64,000 nucleotides of DNA from Candidatus Obscuribacteraceae bacterium (GTDB lineage: Bacteria; Cyanobacteriota; Vampirovibrionia; Obscuribacterales; Obscuribacteraceae), in the NCBI GenBank assembly GCA_044226015.1, contig JBGAHS010000007.1, forward strand, positions 480,001 through 544,000, in the 5' to 3' direction. The notes beneath the pieces were generated by a model. That model searched no databases, was not told the origin of the DNA, and worked only from the letters and a program-made list of their open reading frames with translations. This document shows positions 46,402-56,075 of the stretch, piece after piece (position 1 is the first letter of the stretch; every line of letters starts with the position of its first letter). A program made the position numbers and the translations under genes.

Positions 46402-47913
46402 ATGAGCGGAATAGACAGAAAAAAAATTGTTAGTCTTCTAACACTCCTGGTTTATTTGGGAGTTGTTCAAGGTCCTGTATTTGCGAAATCGTGGGTTCGT
46501 CCGGCTGTCTTCTCAAAATCGTGGTTTCATCCGCTTCACCTGATCGAAAAAAAGGAGACATTCAACGTACCAAAGAAGTATGACACTCCGCTGATACCGA
46601 ACACTAAGACCACTAATAAAGGTGTTGACAGTGCCGCTACCATTAGCTGGCGGAAATTTTTTTCAGATCCTTATCTCATCTCCCTTATTGAAACAGCCCT
46701 CGCCAATAACCAGGAATTCAATATCGCTATACAAGATATTGAAATTTCTGCCAACGAAGTGAAGGAAAAACAAGCTGAGTATCTGCCTAAGGTTGGCTTG
46801 GGGTTTGGTGCAAGTTACATCCGACCATCCGAAAACACCCCGGAAGGCGTGTTGGATAAAATTGTGTCCAGAGACTTTTATAAGTACCCGGACTATAACC
46901 TGAATCTTGGTCCTTCCTTGAGCTGGGAAGTGGATGTCTGGAAAAGATTTAGAAATGCCAAAGAGGCTGCCAGGCTGCGTATGATTGCACAGTACGAAGT
47001 CCGGAATTTTCTAATTGCCAGGCTGGTTACTGAAATAGCGCGCAACTATTATGAGTTAATGGCTCTAGACACCTCTCTGAAGATATTAGATGAAAACATC
47101 AGGATTCAGGACGCTGCTTTCCTGAAAATGCAAGCCTTAAAGCGTTATGCCAAAGCTAATCAGTTAGCTGTCAATCGATTTGAAGCGCAGTTGCTAAAGA
47201 CAAAGAGTCAGCGGTTTGAAACCAGTCAGAGCATTGTTGAAAAAGAGAATCGTCTGAGGTTCCTCTCTGGTATCTATGATGAAGCACCAATAATCAGGCA
47301 CTCTGACCAGTTTATGACGTTGCCGGTGGATGAATTACAGACGGGGGTGCCTACTCAGCTTCTGGAAAACAGGGCTGATATTCGTCAAGCCGAAGCGGCG
47401 ATTAAGGCGGCGAAGCTCGATCTGAAAAGTGTTAAAGCCCAGCTACTCCCCAACGTGACGATCAAGGCAGGAGCAGGTTACTCGGGGTTTGATCCCGCCC
47501 TGCTGTTTCGCCCAGAGTCGTTGATGTACAATGCGATTGGTGAGTTCATGGTTCCATTGATCAACCGAAAAGCAATTCTTGCGCGAATACAGATAGCCGA
47601 TGCTCACCAGAGTCAAGCGGTTTTGACTTATCAGCAGACTTTGTTAAACGCCTACACTGACGTTCTTAATCAGGTGTCAAAAATTAAAAAAATGCAGCAG
47701 GCTTTTGATACCAAAAAACGAGAAGTCGTGATTCTTGAGGAGTCCATTGGTACTGCAAACTTCCTGTTTAAGTACGCCAAGGCGAATTACGTCGAAGTCT
47801 TGCTCACCCAGGAAGAGAAACTACTTGCCGAAAGAGAACAGGTTGAAGTAAAAATGAATCTGGTCGGGTCCAAAATTGAACTGTATCGCGCGCTAGGCGG
47901 CGGCTGGCGATAA
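46402..47913 (+). CDS. outer membrane efflux protein (TolC/OprM family)
   Basis: WRKFFSDPYL..LIETAL.NN, WEVDVW, LLENRADIRQAE, LYRALGGGW. Confidence 0.94.
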   Translation: MSGIDRKKIVSLLTLLVYLGVVQGPVFAKSWVRPAVFSKSWFHPLHLIEKKETFNVPKKYDTPLIPNTKTTNKGVDSAATISWRKFFSDPYLISLIETALANNQEFNIAIQDIEISANEVKEKQAEYLPKVGLGFGASYIRPSENTPEGVLDKIVSRDFYKYPDYNLNLGPSLSWEVDVWKRFRNAKEAARLRMIAQYEVRNFLIARLVTEIARNYYELMALDTSLKILDENIRIQDAAFLKMQALKRYAKANQLAVNRFEAQLLKTKSQRFETSQSIVEKENRLRFLSGIYDEAPIIRHSDQFMTLPVDELQTGVPTQLLENRADIRQAEAAIKAAKLDLKSVKAQLLPNVTIKAGAGYSGFDPALLFRPESLMYNAIGEFMVPLINRKAILARIQIADAHQSQAVLTYQQTLLNAYTDVLNQVSKIKKMQQAFDTKKREVVILEESIGTANFLFKYAKANYVEVLLTQEEKLLAEREQVEVKMNLVGSKIELYRALGGGWR

Positions 47914-48115
47914 TAAAGATTTCTCGTCGGATTCGTAGACGCTGCTGTTGTATAAGTGCCTGCGCTGTTTAGACCTGACAGATCGCGCTGATTGCTTTGA
48001 TCTCTAACGTCTTGGAAGTCCGTTGCATCTTCTGCATAGAAGCCTGTCAATTTCTGAAATTTACGGAGATTTCAGCTGCATTCTGCTATCTTTCGGAGAC
48101 TTGAATTCGTGTTGG

Positions 48116-49630
48116 TTATTTTGTTGATTTCCATTCGTAAACGTATTTTGTTCCGCACGACCGTCCATTGTACATTGCAATAATCAATGCCATTTTACCT
48201 ATTCCCTGATAGCTTGATCCGGGTGATGCTTGCACCGTCAGCGGTGCAGGATTTGAATTGTCTTTTCCTCCAATTTTTATGCCTCCTACACCAGGTCCAC
48301 CGCCGTATGAGCCAGGGTCAATGTCGACTCGATCAAAAAAGACATCCATGCTCGTGTTTGCGGAATAGTGTTTTATCGTATTCTTGAGAATGTATCCCGA
48401 AAGAGTGAAAGTCAATTTTTTGTCTGGAATAATTATTGCTGGAGCCTCTGAGCACTCGTACCTCACTGAGAGTACTTCTCCCGGGCACCCTGGTGTCGAG
48501 CAACCGTGGGAGTCCCATGTCAGCGTGTAGTTTCCAGCCGCCCCAGAATTAGTGTAGTTAGCATCGCTTATTTGAAATTCTTTAGTACCTACTCTTACCC
48601 AAGCCATAGCTGGTATGGGAGCGGGACGAGGACTTGAAGTTGTTTTTGTGCGTTGCTTTTGGGAATAAACAGCAGTACTCGAAACTGCTTGCGGCGGTTT
48701 GATGAGTGCTTTTAGTATTTCAAGTCTTTGCGCATTCGGCATTCCCTTTAACTTTTCGAACCAAGTGAGGTAGTTCTTTCCCCATGATTCAGGTAACTTG
48801 CCACCATTTGCTTCGATGGCGAGTTTACGCAGGTCTTCAAAATCTTGTGTGCTTATCTTTCCACAATCAAGATCCCAGTTTTGCATAGCGTTTGGTGTCT
48901 TCAATAAGAGTTCCGAATAACGCAATGATTGATTGCATACCTCGCGCCATGAATCACGCATCTTGTCGTTAAGATTAACGAGTAAGCTTGAGTCGGCCAG
49001 TTCGCCGAGAACTTTTGTTCTTAGAATGGTATTTTCTTTGCGCAGATCGTCCTCGGACACGCCGATGTGTTTCGATAAAAAATCGAATGGAATCGATACC
49101 TCGTATGGAATTTTTCCGACTGTGCTGCGCAGGTATGCTGTCATTTGAGCCTCTTGCAGCGCATGAATTGATTTTTGTTCAGCTGTGTTATAGCGGAATG
49201 TGTCACCTGTAGTGCCGTTTACTTTTGGATGCACGTTGAGGTCTGTCGCACAATGTGAGTACCAACCAAATGCAAAAGCGAGTTGCTTTCGCGCTTGATC
49301 AATCTCAGCTGGTGTTTTTGCATTGTGGTAATTTCTCCGGGCATCAGTGAGCATTGATGCAGCAATATCTGCAGTCTGCTTGTAATGGGTTGCTGACTCT
49401 GCCAGGTCGGGACCCACACATCCGCCGTTGAATGCCTTTACTGCGTCTGGATATTGCAGAATCTGTTTTAGCTCTGGGTCTACATCAACTCGACCCGAGC
49501 TGATGTTTTCCACAAGCTTCTGCCCAATAAGGAAATGACCCAGGGGACCAGCTGCCTGCGCCATATTGTCCGCGAATATACATCCTAAGACAATTATGAT
49601 GGACCAGAACTTTCTATATTTGAGCAACAT
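48116..49630 (-). CDS. secreted zinc-dependent phospholipase C/P1-nuclease-fold protein with a C-terminal beta domain
   Basis: Signal peptide; GPLGH, GCVGPDL, GWYSHCATD.NVH, H..QE metal-ligand pattern. Confidence 0.7.
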   Translation of the reverse strand: MLLKYRKFWSIIIVLGCIFADNMAQAAGPLGHFLIGQKLVENISSGRVDVDPELKQILQYPDAVKAFNGGCVGPDLAESATHYKQTADIAASMLTDARRNYHNAKTPAEIDQARKQLAFAFGWYSHCATDLNVHPKVNGTTGDTFRYNTAEQKSIHALQEAQMTAYLRSTVGKIPYEVSIPFDFLSKHIGVSEDDLRKENTILRTKVLGELADSSLLVNLNDKMRDSWREVCNQSLRYSELLLKTPNAMQNWDLDCGKISTQDFEDLRKLAIEANGGKLPESWGKNYLTWFEKLKGMPNAQRLEILKALIKPPQAVSSTAVYSQKQRTKTTSSPRPAPIPAMAWVRVGTKEFQISDANYTNSGAAGNYTLTWDSHGCSTPGCPGEVLSVRYECSEAPAIIIPDKKLTFTLSGYILKNTIKHYSANTSMDVFFDRVDIDPGSYGGGPGVGGIKIGGKDNSNPAPLTVQASPGSSYQGIGKMALIIAMYNGRSCGTKYVYEWKSTK

Positions 49631-49842
49631 AGGTACACCTGTGGTTTCTTGCTCTTTTGAAATGGTAGCTCCTTACGCTGGCGAATTCATCGAGCGAAGG
49701 GCTGATTGAGCAGGCTGAAAATGGTCATCCTATTGGTATCAGTCCATGTTCTGCGCAGCGAGTTCTGAGCATCTTTTTAGAGCTGTGGCTTTCAGGGTGA
49801 TTCCTTTTTTGAAACTGCCATACAGTTAACCAAGTTTGCAAA

Positions 49843-49874
49843 GTACAGCGGATGCGTAAAGCATCCGCTTGTAC
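49843..49874. terminator. hairpin/terminator downstream of oxdC
   Basis: gtac-agcggatgc GTAAA gcatccgct-t-gtac. Confidence 0.55.
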
Positions 49875-49955
49875 AAACTAAGATTTATTCTTTAGCTAGA
49901 AACTTGGCGAATTTAGGCGCTTGGTTAATCTACTAGAGTTTAAACCGCTTCTGAA

Positions 49956-51152
49956 CTATTTATTGGTTTTCGTTTGGGAGAAGTTGGTAGGGTTGCTGAA
50001 CAACTCTTGTTTCTTTTGAAGTCCTTTAATAACTTCAGGTGAAACGCCGAGGTTGGTTTCAAGCAAATATGATGGGTTGCTTGCTAACCATTGCGACAGT
50101 GAAATTTCTTGATAATCGCCGCTATTGAAGACTGCAAGCATTTCGCAATCTTCTTCGCCGATTGATTCGATGTAGTGTCCATAACCTTGTGGAACGTAAC
50201 CAACATCACCAGGTCCGAACTCACGAGTAATCTTACGTCCTTCAGAGCCGAATACTGTCATTCGAGCGCGACCCTTGAGGTAATATTGCCACTCGTCTGC
50301 GTTTGGATGCCAGTGCATTTCTCGGATTGCCAGCGGCTTTAATTTGAGAATTGCTCCAGTCATTGTAGTTGAGATGGGAAACTCTTTTTGTGATACCAGA
50401 TTGAAGGTTCCACCAGGCACCACTTGCGGTGCCTTGGCACCAAGTCTAAATCTGTGTGTCAGAGGTGGTGGGTTCTGGCTTTCTGGCGGTGGTTCTGCCG
50501 GCAGTGAAGTAGGTACGGGTCCCTGAGCTATGTACACTTCGCTGCGTGGGAACTTATCGAAGGCTGAAACTGGCATTCCAAATTCTTTTGCTAGAACTTC
50601 TTTAGGAGTTTGGGCAAGCCAATCGCTCATGCTGAATGTTGCGAATTCGGAAAAATATCCGTTATCGAAAACAAGGATGAAATGACATTCTTCAGTTCCT
50701 ATTCCTTGAATCGAGTGACCATGACCGCGAGGAAAATACCATACATCGCCAGGTCCAAAATCCTTCACTTCTGAACGTCCTTGCGGGTCTATCACAGTGA
50801 TGCGGGCATGTCCCGAAATGACATACGACCACTCAGCAGCGTTAGCATGCCAGTGTAATTCGCGCAAACCGCCCGGCTTCAGGTACATGTTTACGCCAGC
50901 TAGTCCCTTTGAAATTGGGAAATTCAAAGCTGTTGCTTCGTTTGAGCGCCCGCCCTGGTAATCTTTTGTTGGCTGTTTGCTGAGTTCATACCTTATTTCA
51001 GGCATTGATTCTTTGCTCGCGTCAACAGCATCAGCGATAGTATTGATAATTTTGCTTCCAGCCAAATGTGACTCTTTTGCACAGACTGACAAGTTAAAAG
51101 AAGCGACGCTTAGCAAAGCAGCTAGGGCCGCCATTTTCTGAAGGAATGCCAC
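49956..51152 (-). CDS. oxdC: oxalate decarboxylase (Mn bicupin) with N-terminal signal peptide
   Basis: Two cupin Mn sites, RELHWH..AAEW and REMHWHP.ADEW; GHSIQG, FDNGYFSEFATF lid; GTG start with CAGGAG RBS (ORF track 51278). Confidence 0.92.
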   Translation of the reverse strand: MAFLQKMAALAALLSVASFNLSVCAKESHLAGSKIINTIADAVDASKESMPEIRYELSKQPTKDYQGGRSNEATALNFPISKGLAGVNMYLKPGGLRELHWHANAAEWSYVISGHARITVIDPQGRSEVKDFGPGDVWYFPRGHGHSIQGIGTEECHFILVFDNGYFSEFATFSMSDWLAQTPKEVLAKEFGMPVSAFDKFPRSEVYIAQGPVPTSLPAEPPPESQNPPPLTHRFRLGAKAPQVVPGGTFNLVSQKEFPISTTMTGAILKLKPLAIREMHWHPNADEWQYYLKGRARMTVFGSEGRKITREFGPGDVGYVPQGYGHYIESIGEEDCEMLAVFNSGDYQEISLSQWLASNPSYLLETNLGVSPEVIKGLQKKQELFSNPTNFSQTKTNK

Positions 51153-51353
51153 GATTGTCTCCTGATTCAAGTTCAGTAATTTTATCAAGGACATGAATTC
51201 GAAACCTGCTTGCCAACTGGCTTGGCGGCACTCACCGGCAAGAAAGTGTCTGGCTGTCAATGAGTAATTCCAAATCATTGGAAATAACTGGAAAGCAACA
51301 GTTCCGATAATTTTGATAGAATTGCCAAGGCGTGATATTCAAGTCCGCCAACG

Positions 51354-53696
51354 ATGAGATTAGAAACACAAAACCTTATGACAAATTCAGACGAAGAAAA
51401 AAGCACTAGTAAAGGTGCGCCAACACCATCTCATCAGAGGCATTACTCACAACAAGATTATCATCATCCGGCAGCTGCCTGGGGAGCCGCTTTCAGCGTT
51501 GGCCGAATACTTTTAGAGCAAGGCACCATCATCGATGGCGTCAAGTCCATTTTCAAAATGAATCATGAGAATGGTGGTTTTGATTGTCCAGGATGCGCCT
51601 GGCCTGATGATAGAAAAGGCTTGCGCATGGACATTTGTGAGAATGGCATCAAGCATGTAACGTGGGAGATGACCAAGAAAAGAGCTGACCGCAATTTTTT
51701 TGCCAAGCATACTGTCAGTGAATTGCTAGGCTGGAGCGATTTTCAGCTTGAAAACGAAGGACGCCTCACAGAGCCAATGCGATATAACTCAGCTACAGAC
51801 AAGTACGAGCCGGTAAGCTGGGATGAGGCATTCTCAATTATTGGTAAGCACCTCAAGAGTTTGTCATGCCCTAATAAAGCAAGTTTTTATACCTCCGGTC
51901 GCCTGTCTAATGAAGCGACCTTTCTGTATCAGTTGTTTGCCAGAGAATATGGCACCAATAATTTGCCCGATTGTTCAAACATGTGTCACGAAGCCAGTGG
52001 TCGTGCACTTGCGGCTTCTATTGGGACGGGGAAGGGCACCGTTGATTTAGAAGACTGGCAGAAGTCTGATGCTATTTTTGTTATGGGTGTGAATGCTGCG
52101 ACTAACTCACCGCGCATGCTGAGTGCTCTGGTCGATGGTGTCAAAGAACATGGCACCAAAATTGTTCACATCAATCCGCTTGTCGAAATTGCTGCTACAA
52201 CCGCAATTACGCCACACGAGATTTTGGACATGATTACTTTCAAAACCACTGAAACCAGCACTCTAAATTTGCAAGCTCGCGTAGGTGGTGACATGGCGAT
52301 AATGCGTGGTTTTGGTAAATATCTTTTTGAACAGTACGAACAAGACAAGTCCAGCATCGACATGGATTTTGTGCAAAAACATACTAATGGAATAGACGCA
52401 TACAAGGCTGTCTGCGCGTCGACTAGCTGGGAAGACATCGAACGATATTCTGGTGTGCCACTTGCGAAAATAAAGCAGTCAGCTGAGATTTATCGTCAAG
52501 CCAAATCTAGCATTATCGCGTGGTGCCTTGGTGTCAGCCAGCAGGAGTTCGCTGTTGATACCATAAGAGAGATTGCAAATGTTCTATTATTGCGCGGAAA
52601 TTTGGGCAGACCAGGTGCCGGTGCTTGCCCAATTCGCGGGCACAGCAATGTTCAGGGAAACCGAACTTGTGGAATACACCATGCTCCACCAGAAGCCTGG
52701 CTTGCAAAAATGGATGCAGCTTGTGGTATCAAGTCACCTCGTGAGCACGGTCTCGATACTGTTCGCACCATAGAAGGAATGTACAATGGTTCTGTCGAGG
52801 TATTTTTCGGAATGGGTGGGAACTTTGCTTCCGCGACCCCAGATCGCGATAGGACATTTGAGGCGCTGCGCCGATGCAAATTGACCGTGCACGTCAGTAC
52901 GAAACTGAATCGCTCGCATGTTGTTCACGGAAAAGAGGCTTTGATTCTTCCTTGTTTGGGTCGTACTGAGAAAGACTTCCAGAAGGCAGGGCTTCAACAA
53001 GTGACGGTAGAAGATTCGATGAGCATGGTGCATTTGTCTGTTGGGATGAATGAACCAGCTTCACCGCACTTGCTTTCGGAACTGGCGATTATTGCTGGAA
53101 TGGCGAAAGCCACTATAGCTGATACCAAGACTCCGTGGGACGAATACATCGCAAACTATGATCTTGTTCGCGATAAGATGGCAGAAGCAATCAGTGGCTT
53201 TGAAGATTTCAACAAGAGAGTTCGCAAGCCATTAGGATTCAGGCTATACCAGCATGCGCGCGAATTGAAATTTGTGACTCCCAATGGAAAGGCAAATTTC
53301 TCAGATGCGCGACTTCAAAATACTTTGCCCCCAGATGGTAAGTTGATGCTTTTCACCATGCGGTCGCATGACCAGTTTAACACGACTGTCTATTCAGATA
53401 ATGACAGATACCGTGGTGTCAAAGGGATTAGAGAGATTCTCTTCATGAATGAGCGTGACATGAATAATCTTGGACTTAAGCAATTTGATTTGATTAAGAT
53501 CACCAGTTTCGCAAAAGATGGAAGTACGAGAGAGGTGAGCTCTTTTCGTGCCGTGAAATACAATGTGCCGGAGGGCTGTGTGGGCGGTTACATGCCTGAA
53601 CTAAATGTCCTCTGTCCTATCGGTGATTTCAGCGCGCAGAGTGATCAACCCATGATGAAACAAGTTCTTGTCGAGGTACGCCCTCAGGCGCAGTGA
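51354..53696 (+). CDS. FdhF/YdeP family molybdopterin oxidoreductase
   Basis: GFDCPGCAWPD, CENG.K, YTSGRLSNEA, LPDCSNMCHE, RGHSNVQG, RSHDQFNTT. Confidence 0.95.
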   Translation: MRLETQNLMTNSDEEKSTSKGAPTPSHQRHYSQQDYHHPAAAWGAAFSVGRILLEQGTIIDGVKSIFKMNHENGGFDCPGCAWPDDRKGLRMDICENGIKHVTWEMTKKRADRNFFAKHTVSELLGWSDFQLENEGRLTEPMRYNSATDKYEPVSWDEAFSIIGKHLKSLSCPNKASFYTSGRLSNEATFLYQLFAREYGTNNLPDCSNMCHEASGRALAASIGTGKGTVDLEDWQKSDAIFVMGVNAATNSPRMLSALVDGVKEHGTKIVHINPLVEIAATTAITPHEILDMITFKTTETSTLNLQARVGGDMAIMRGFGKYLFEQYEQDKSSIDMDFVQKHTNGIDAYKAVCASTSWEDIERYSGVPLAKIKQSAEIYRQAKSSIIAWCLGVSQQEFAVDTIREIANVLLLRGNLGRPGAGACPIRGHSNVQGNRTCGIHHAPPEAWLAKMDAACGIKSPREHGLDTVRTIEGMYNGSVEVFFGMGGNFASATPDRDRTFEALRRCKLTVHVSTKLNRSHVVHGKEALILPCLGRTEKDFQKAGLQQVTVEDSMSMVHLSVGMNEPASPHLLSELAIIAGMAKATIADTKTPWDEYIANYDLVRDKMAEAISGFEDFNKRVRKPLGFRLYQHARELKFVTPNGKANFSDARLQNTLPPDGKLMLFTMRSHDQFNTTVYSDNDRYRGVKGIREILFMNERDMNNLGLKQFDLIKITSFAKDGSTREVSSFRAVKYNVPEGCVGGYMPELNVLCPIGDFSAQSDQPMMKQVLVEVRPQAQ

Positions 53697-54601
53697 TGAA
53701 CAGTTCAAAGAATGAGCCGAAATTATGTGTGAAAACTGCAGTCAGTGCGACTGGTCAACCTGGCGGATTTTCCGCAATTGAGCGAGGGGCTAAAGAGTTT
53801 CTTGTGAGGAAAGTCACGGGAGCCGAGGTCGTCGAACAGGCTGATCTGGTCAGCACTGAGCTGCCTCTGGAACTTAGAATAAGCAGCAAGCAATTGGGTG
53901 AACGGTTCTCACTTGCCGTCACTATGAGAACACCAGGGCATGATGCAGAGCTAGCTGCTGGATTTTTGTTTACGGAGGGACTGGTCACTGATCGCAATGC
54001 CATCGAAGACATTTTCGTCGAAAAGTGCAATACAGTGACGGTTAGATTGCGAGATTCTGTAAATATCGATAAGGCGAAGTTAGAGCGCCATTCTTATGTT
54101 GCCTCCAGTTGCGGTGTCTGCGGAAAAAAGTCCATCGAGTCAGTTAGAGTTAGCCGGAAATTTGAAATGAAGGATGAGCTTCCCTTGGTTTCAGCTGCGC
54201 TCATTCAAAGCCTTCCTGCAAAACTTCGCGAAATGCAAACGAATTTTGACTGCACCGGTGGTGTTCATGCGTCGCTTCTTGTTGATAGCGAGAGCAGATT
54301 TCTCGGACTGAAAGAGGATGTGGGAAGGCATAATGCGCTCGACAAAGTTATCGGTGAGCAATTCTTGCGGGGCAATCTTCCGCTTTCCGATGCTGTACTC
54401 TTAGTGAGTGGTCGAGCAAGCTTTGAACTCGTGCAAAAGGCTGCTCTGGCAGGCATTCCTGTTCTACTTGCGGTTGGCGCTCCTTCTAGTCTTGCTGTCG
54501 AGCTTGCAATCGAGAGCAACATGACGTTGATTGGGTTTGTTAGAGACATGAGATTCAATGTTTACTCTGGTGCCCAGCGAGTTCTGCTAAACCAAGCGTA
54601 A
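53693..54601 (+). CDS. fdhD: formate dehydrogenase accessory sulfurtransferase
   Basis: TMRTPG, SSCGVCG, TGGVH, EDVGRHNALDK, SGRASFELVQK, VGAPSSLAV. Confidence 0.96.
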   Translation: MMNSSKNEPKLCVKTAVSATGQPGGFSAIERGAKEFLVRKVTGAEVVEQADLVSTELPLELRISSKQLGERFSLAVTMRTPGHDAELAAGFLFTEGLVTDRNAIEDIFVEKCNTVTVRLRDSVNIDKAKLERHSYVASSCGVCGKKSIESVRVSRKFEMKDELPLVSAALIQSLPAKLREMQTNFDCTGGVHASLLVDSESRFLGLKEDVGRHNALDKVIGEQFLRGNLPLSDAVLLVSGRASFELVQKAALAGIPVLLAVGAPSSLAVELAIESNMTLIGFVRDMRFNVYSGAQRVLLNQA

Positions 54602-54956
54602 CTTGAAGCCTCTGATGGGCAGAAGAATCTCGAATTGTTCCAGGCAAAAACTTTGCCTCATTTTTGCGTAGTTGTTCCGATAGGAGAAGCGCGAAAATGC
54701 TTAACTCGATCGGGTGAGTTTCTCGCTGCTGTGTTTCAATTTTATCTCAGATTTAGGACCTAGTCTTTCATTGTTCATAGTGATTGGAATCAGGGACCAA
54801 TCACGACATGTGATTTAGGGCGGATCGAGATATGAACCATACTATGTATATTTGTGAGATTTGCTGCGAGCAAATTTCAGGGAAATGATCTGAAAAATCC
54901 GTCTAATTTATCTCGCTGACGCGTAGAACATGGATTCATGTCCATGGAGATCTTTT

Positions 54957-56075
54957 ATGCCGCCAGATAAGGTTGAACAATGTTTGGACGAAAGCTCAAG
55001 CTCTGGAAAGTCGAAGGATCTTTCGACAAGCAATCAGGAAGAGAGCGACGGACTAAAAGATCAAAAAGCTCAGCAATGTGAGGCGCGCAAGATCGGTGCA
55101 ACGCCGAGCAGCGTTGATCTCCCAAAAATAAATATGGCGGAGTTTGAGAAATGGAAATCGGTAGTTAATACATCATCTATGCCACTTGAGAGTAATCCTG
55201 AGCCTCCTGTTTGCTCAAGTGAGACCGACGGCAATTCAAAGCCTGGTGGCGATACAGATCCAACAAAGCCTGTAGCTACCGAAACTGACAGTACGGGTAG
55301 AGTTGTGCGGGAGAGATACTCGAACGGACAAGATGTTGTGGTGGCGTATGACGAAAACGGTGAAGCCCATCGCTTCAAAAATGAACCGATTAAGGAGATG
55401 CCACCAAAGTTTGACGATGTGCCAGCGTGGCGGCAAAAGCAGCTCGATGAGAAGGCTAATGAGGTTTTTGGTAAATACTACACTCCTGAGACCCCGGGCG
55501 AAGCGCCGTATATGGATTTTCAAAAAGTGGCTGATATGCAAAAGGATATTGCTGCTCGGGAAGACTTAACTGAAACTGAGAAGTGTCTTCTGTATTCGAA
55601 AATTCAGGTGAATATGCGTGAAGGTGGTATTACCGTCGAAAACTGGAATGAGAAACCTGAGATGGTTGATTCCTGGCAGGGTGAAGGCGACCCATGGCAT
55701 GCAATTGCTCCGATGGACGATAAATATCATAACAGGCTGCTTAAGATGACTCCTGAAGATGCGTCCAAAGCAATCTTCGTGCAAGAGGATTATGCCGAAG
55801 GCGATATGCACTCCTCATTGGCCGATAAAATTAAGTGGAAGGGTGCCAGGCTTGTGATGGGTATAAATCAGGGTGATGTGAATGCATCTGAAGGACAATT
55901 GAAGTGTATGCGGGAAATGCAAAACAAAGGAACTTTTGCTGCATATGCGGAGGAGTGGGAGAAGCAATACGTCAATAAAGATGCCTTGAATCCGAGGGAT
56001 CCCCTCGGTGGAGAAGGCGCACCGCCTTACGGTCGCCAGCGTCCTCACTTTGTTCCGAAAGACGCAAAGGAATAA
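54957..56075 (+). CDS. hypothetical protein
   Basis: Long open frame with GGAG RBS; acidic disordered N-terminus, no recognised domain. Confidence 0.75.
   Translation: MPPDKVEQCLDESSSSGKSKDLSTSNQEESDGLKDQKAQQCEARKIGATPSSVDLPKINMAEFEKWKSVVNTSSMPLESNPEPPVCSSETDGNSKPGGDTDPTKPVATETDSTGRVVRERYSNGQDVVVAYDENGEAHRFKNEPIKEMPPKFDDVPAWRQKQLDEKANEVFGKYYTPETPGEAPYMDFQKVADMQKDIAAREDLTETEKCLLYSKIQVNMREGGITVENWNEKPEMVDSWQGEGDPWHAIAPMDDKYHNRLLKMTPEDASKAIFVQEDYAEGDMHSSLADKIKWKGARLVMGINQGDVNASEGQLKCMREMQNKGTFAAYAEEWEKQYVNKDALNPRDPLGGEGAPPYGRQRPHFVPKDAKE

Noticed and set aside
22018..47913. Two RND-MFP-TolC operons as a novel system
   Set aside because: Ordinary tripartite efflux architecture; substrates cannot be inferred from the sequence
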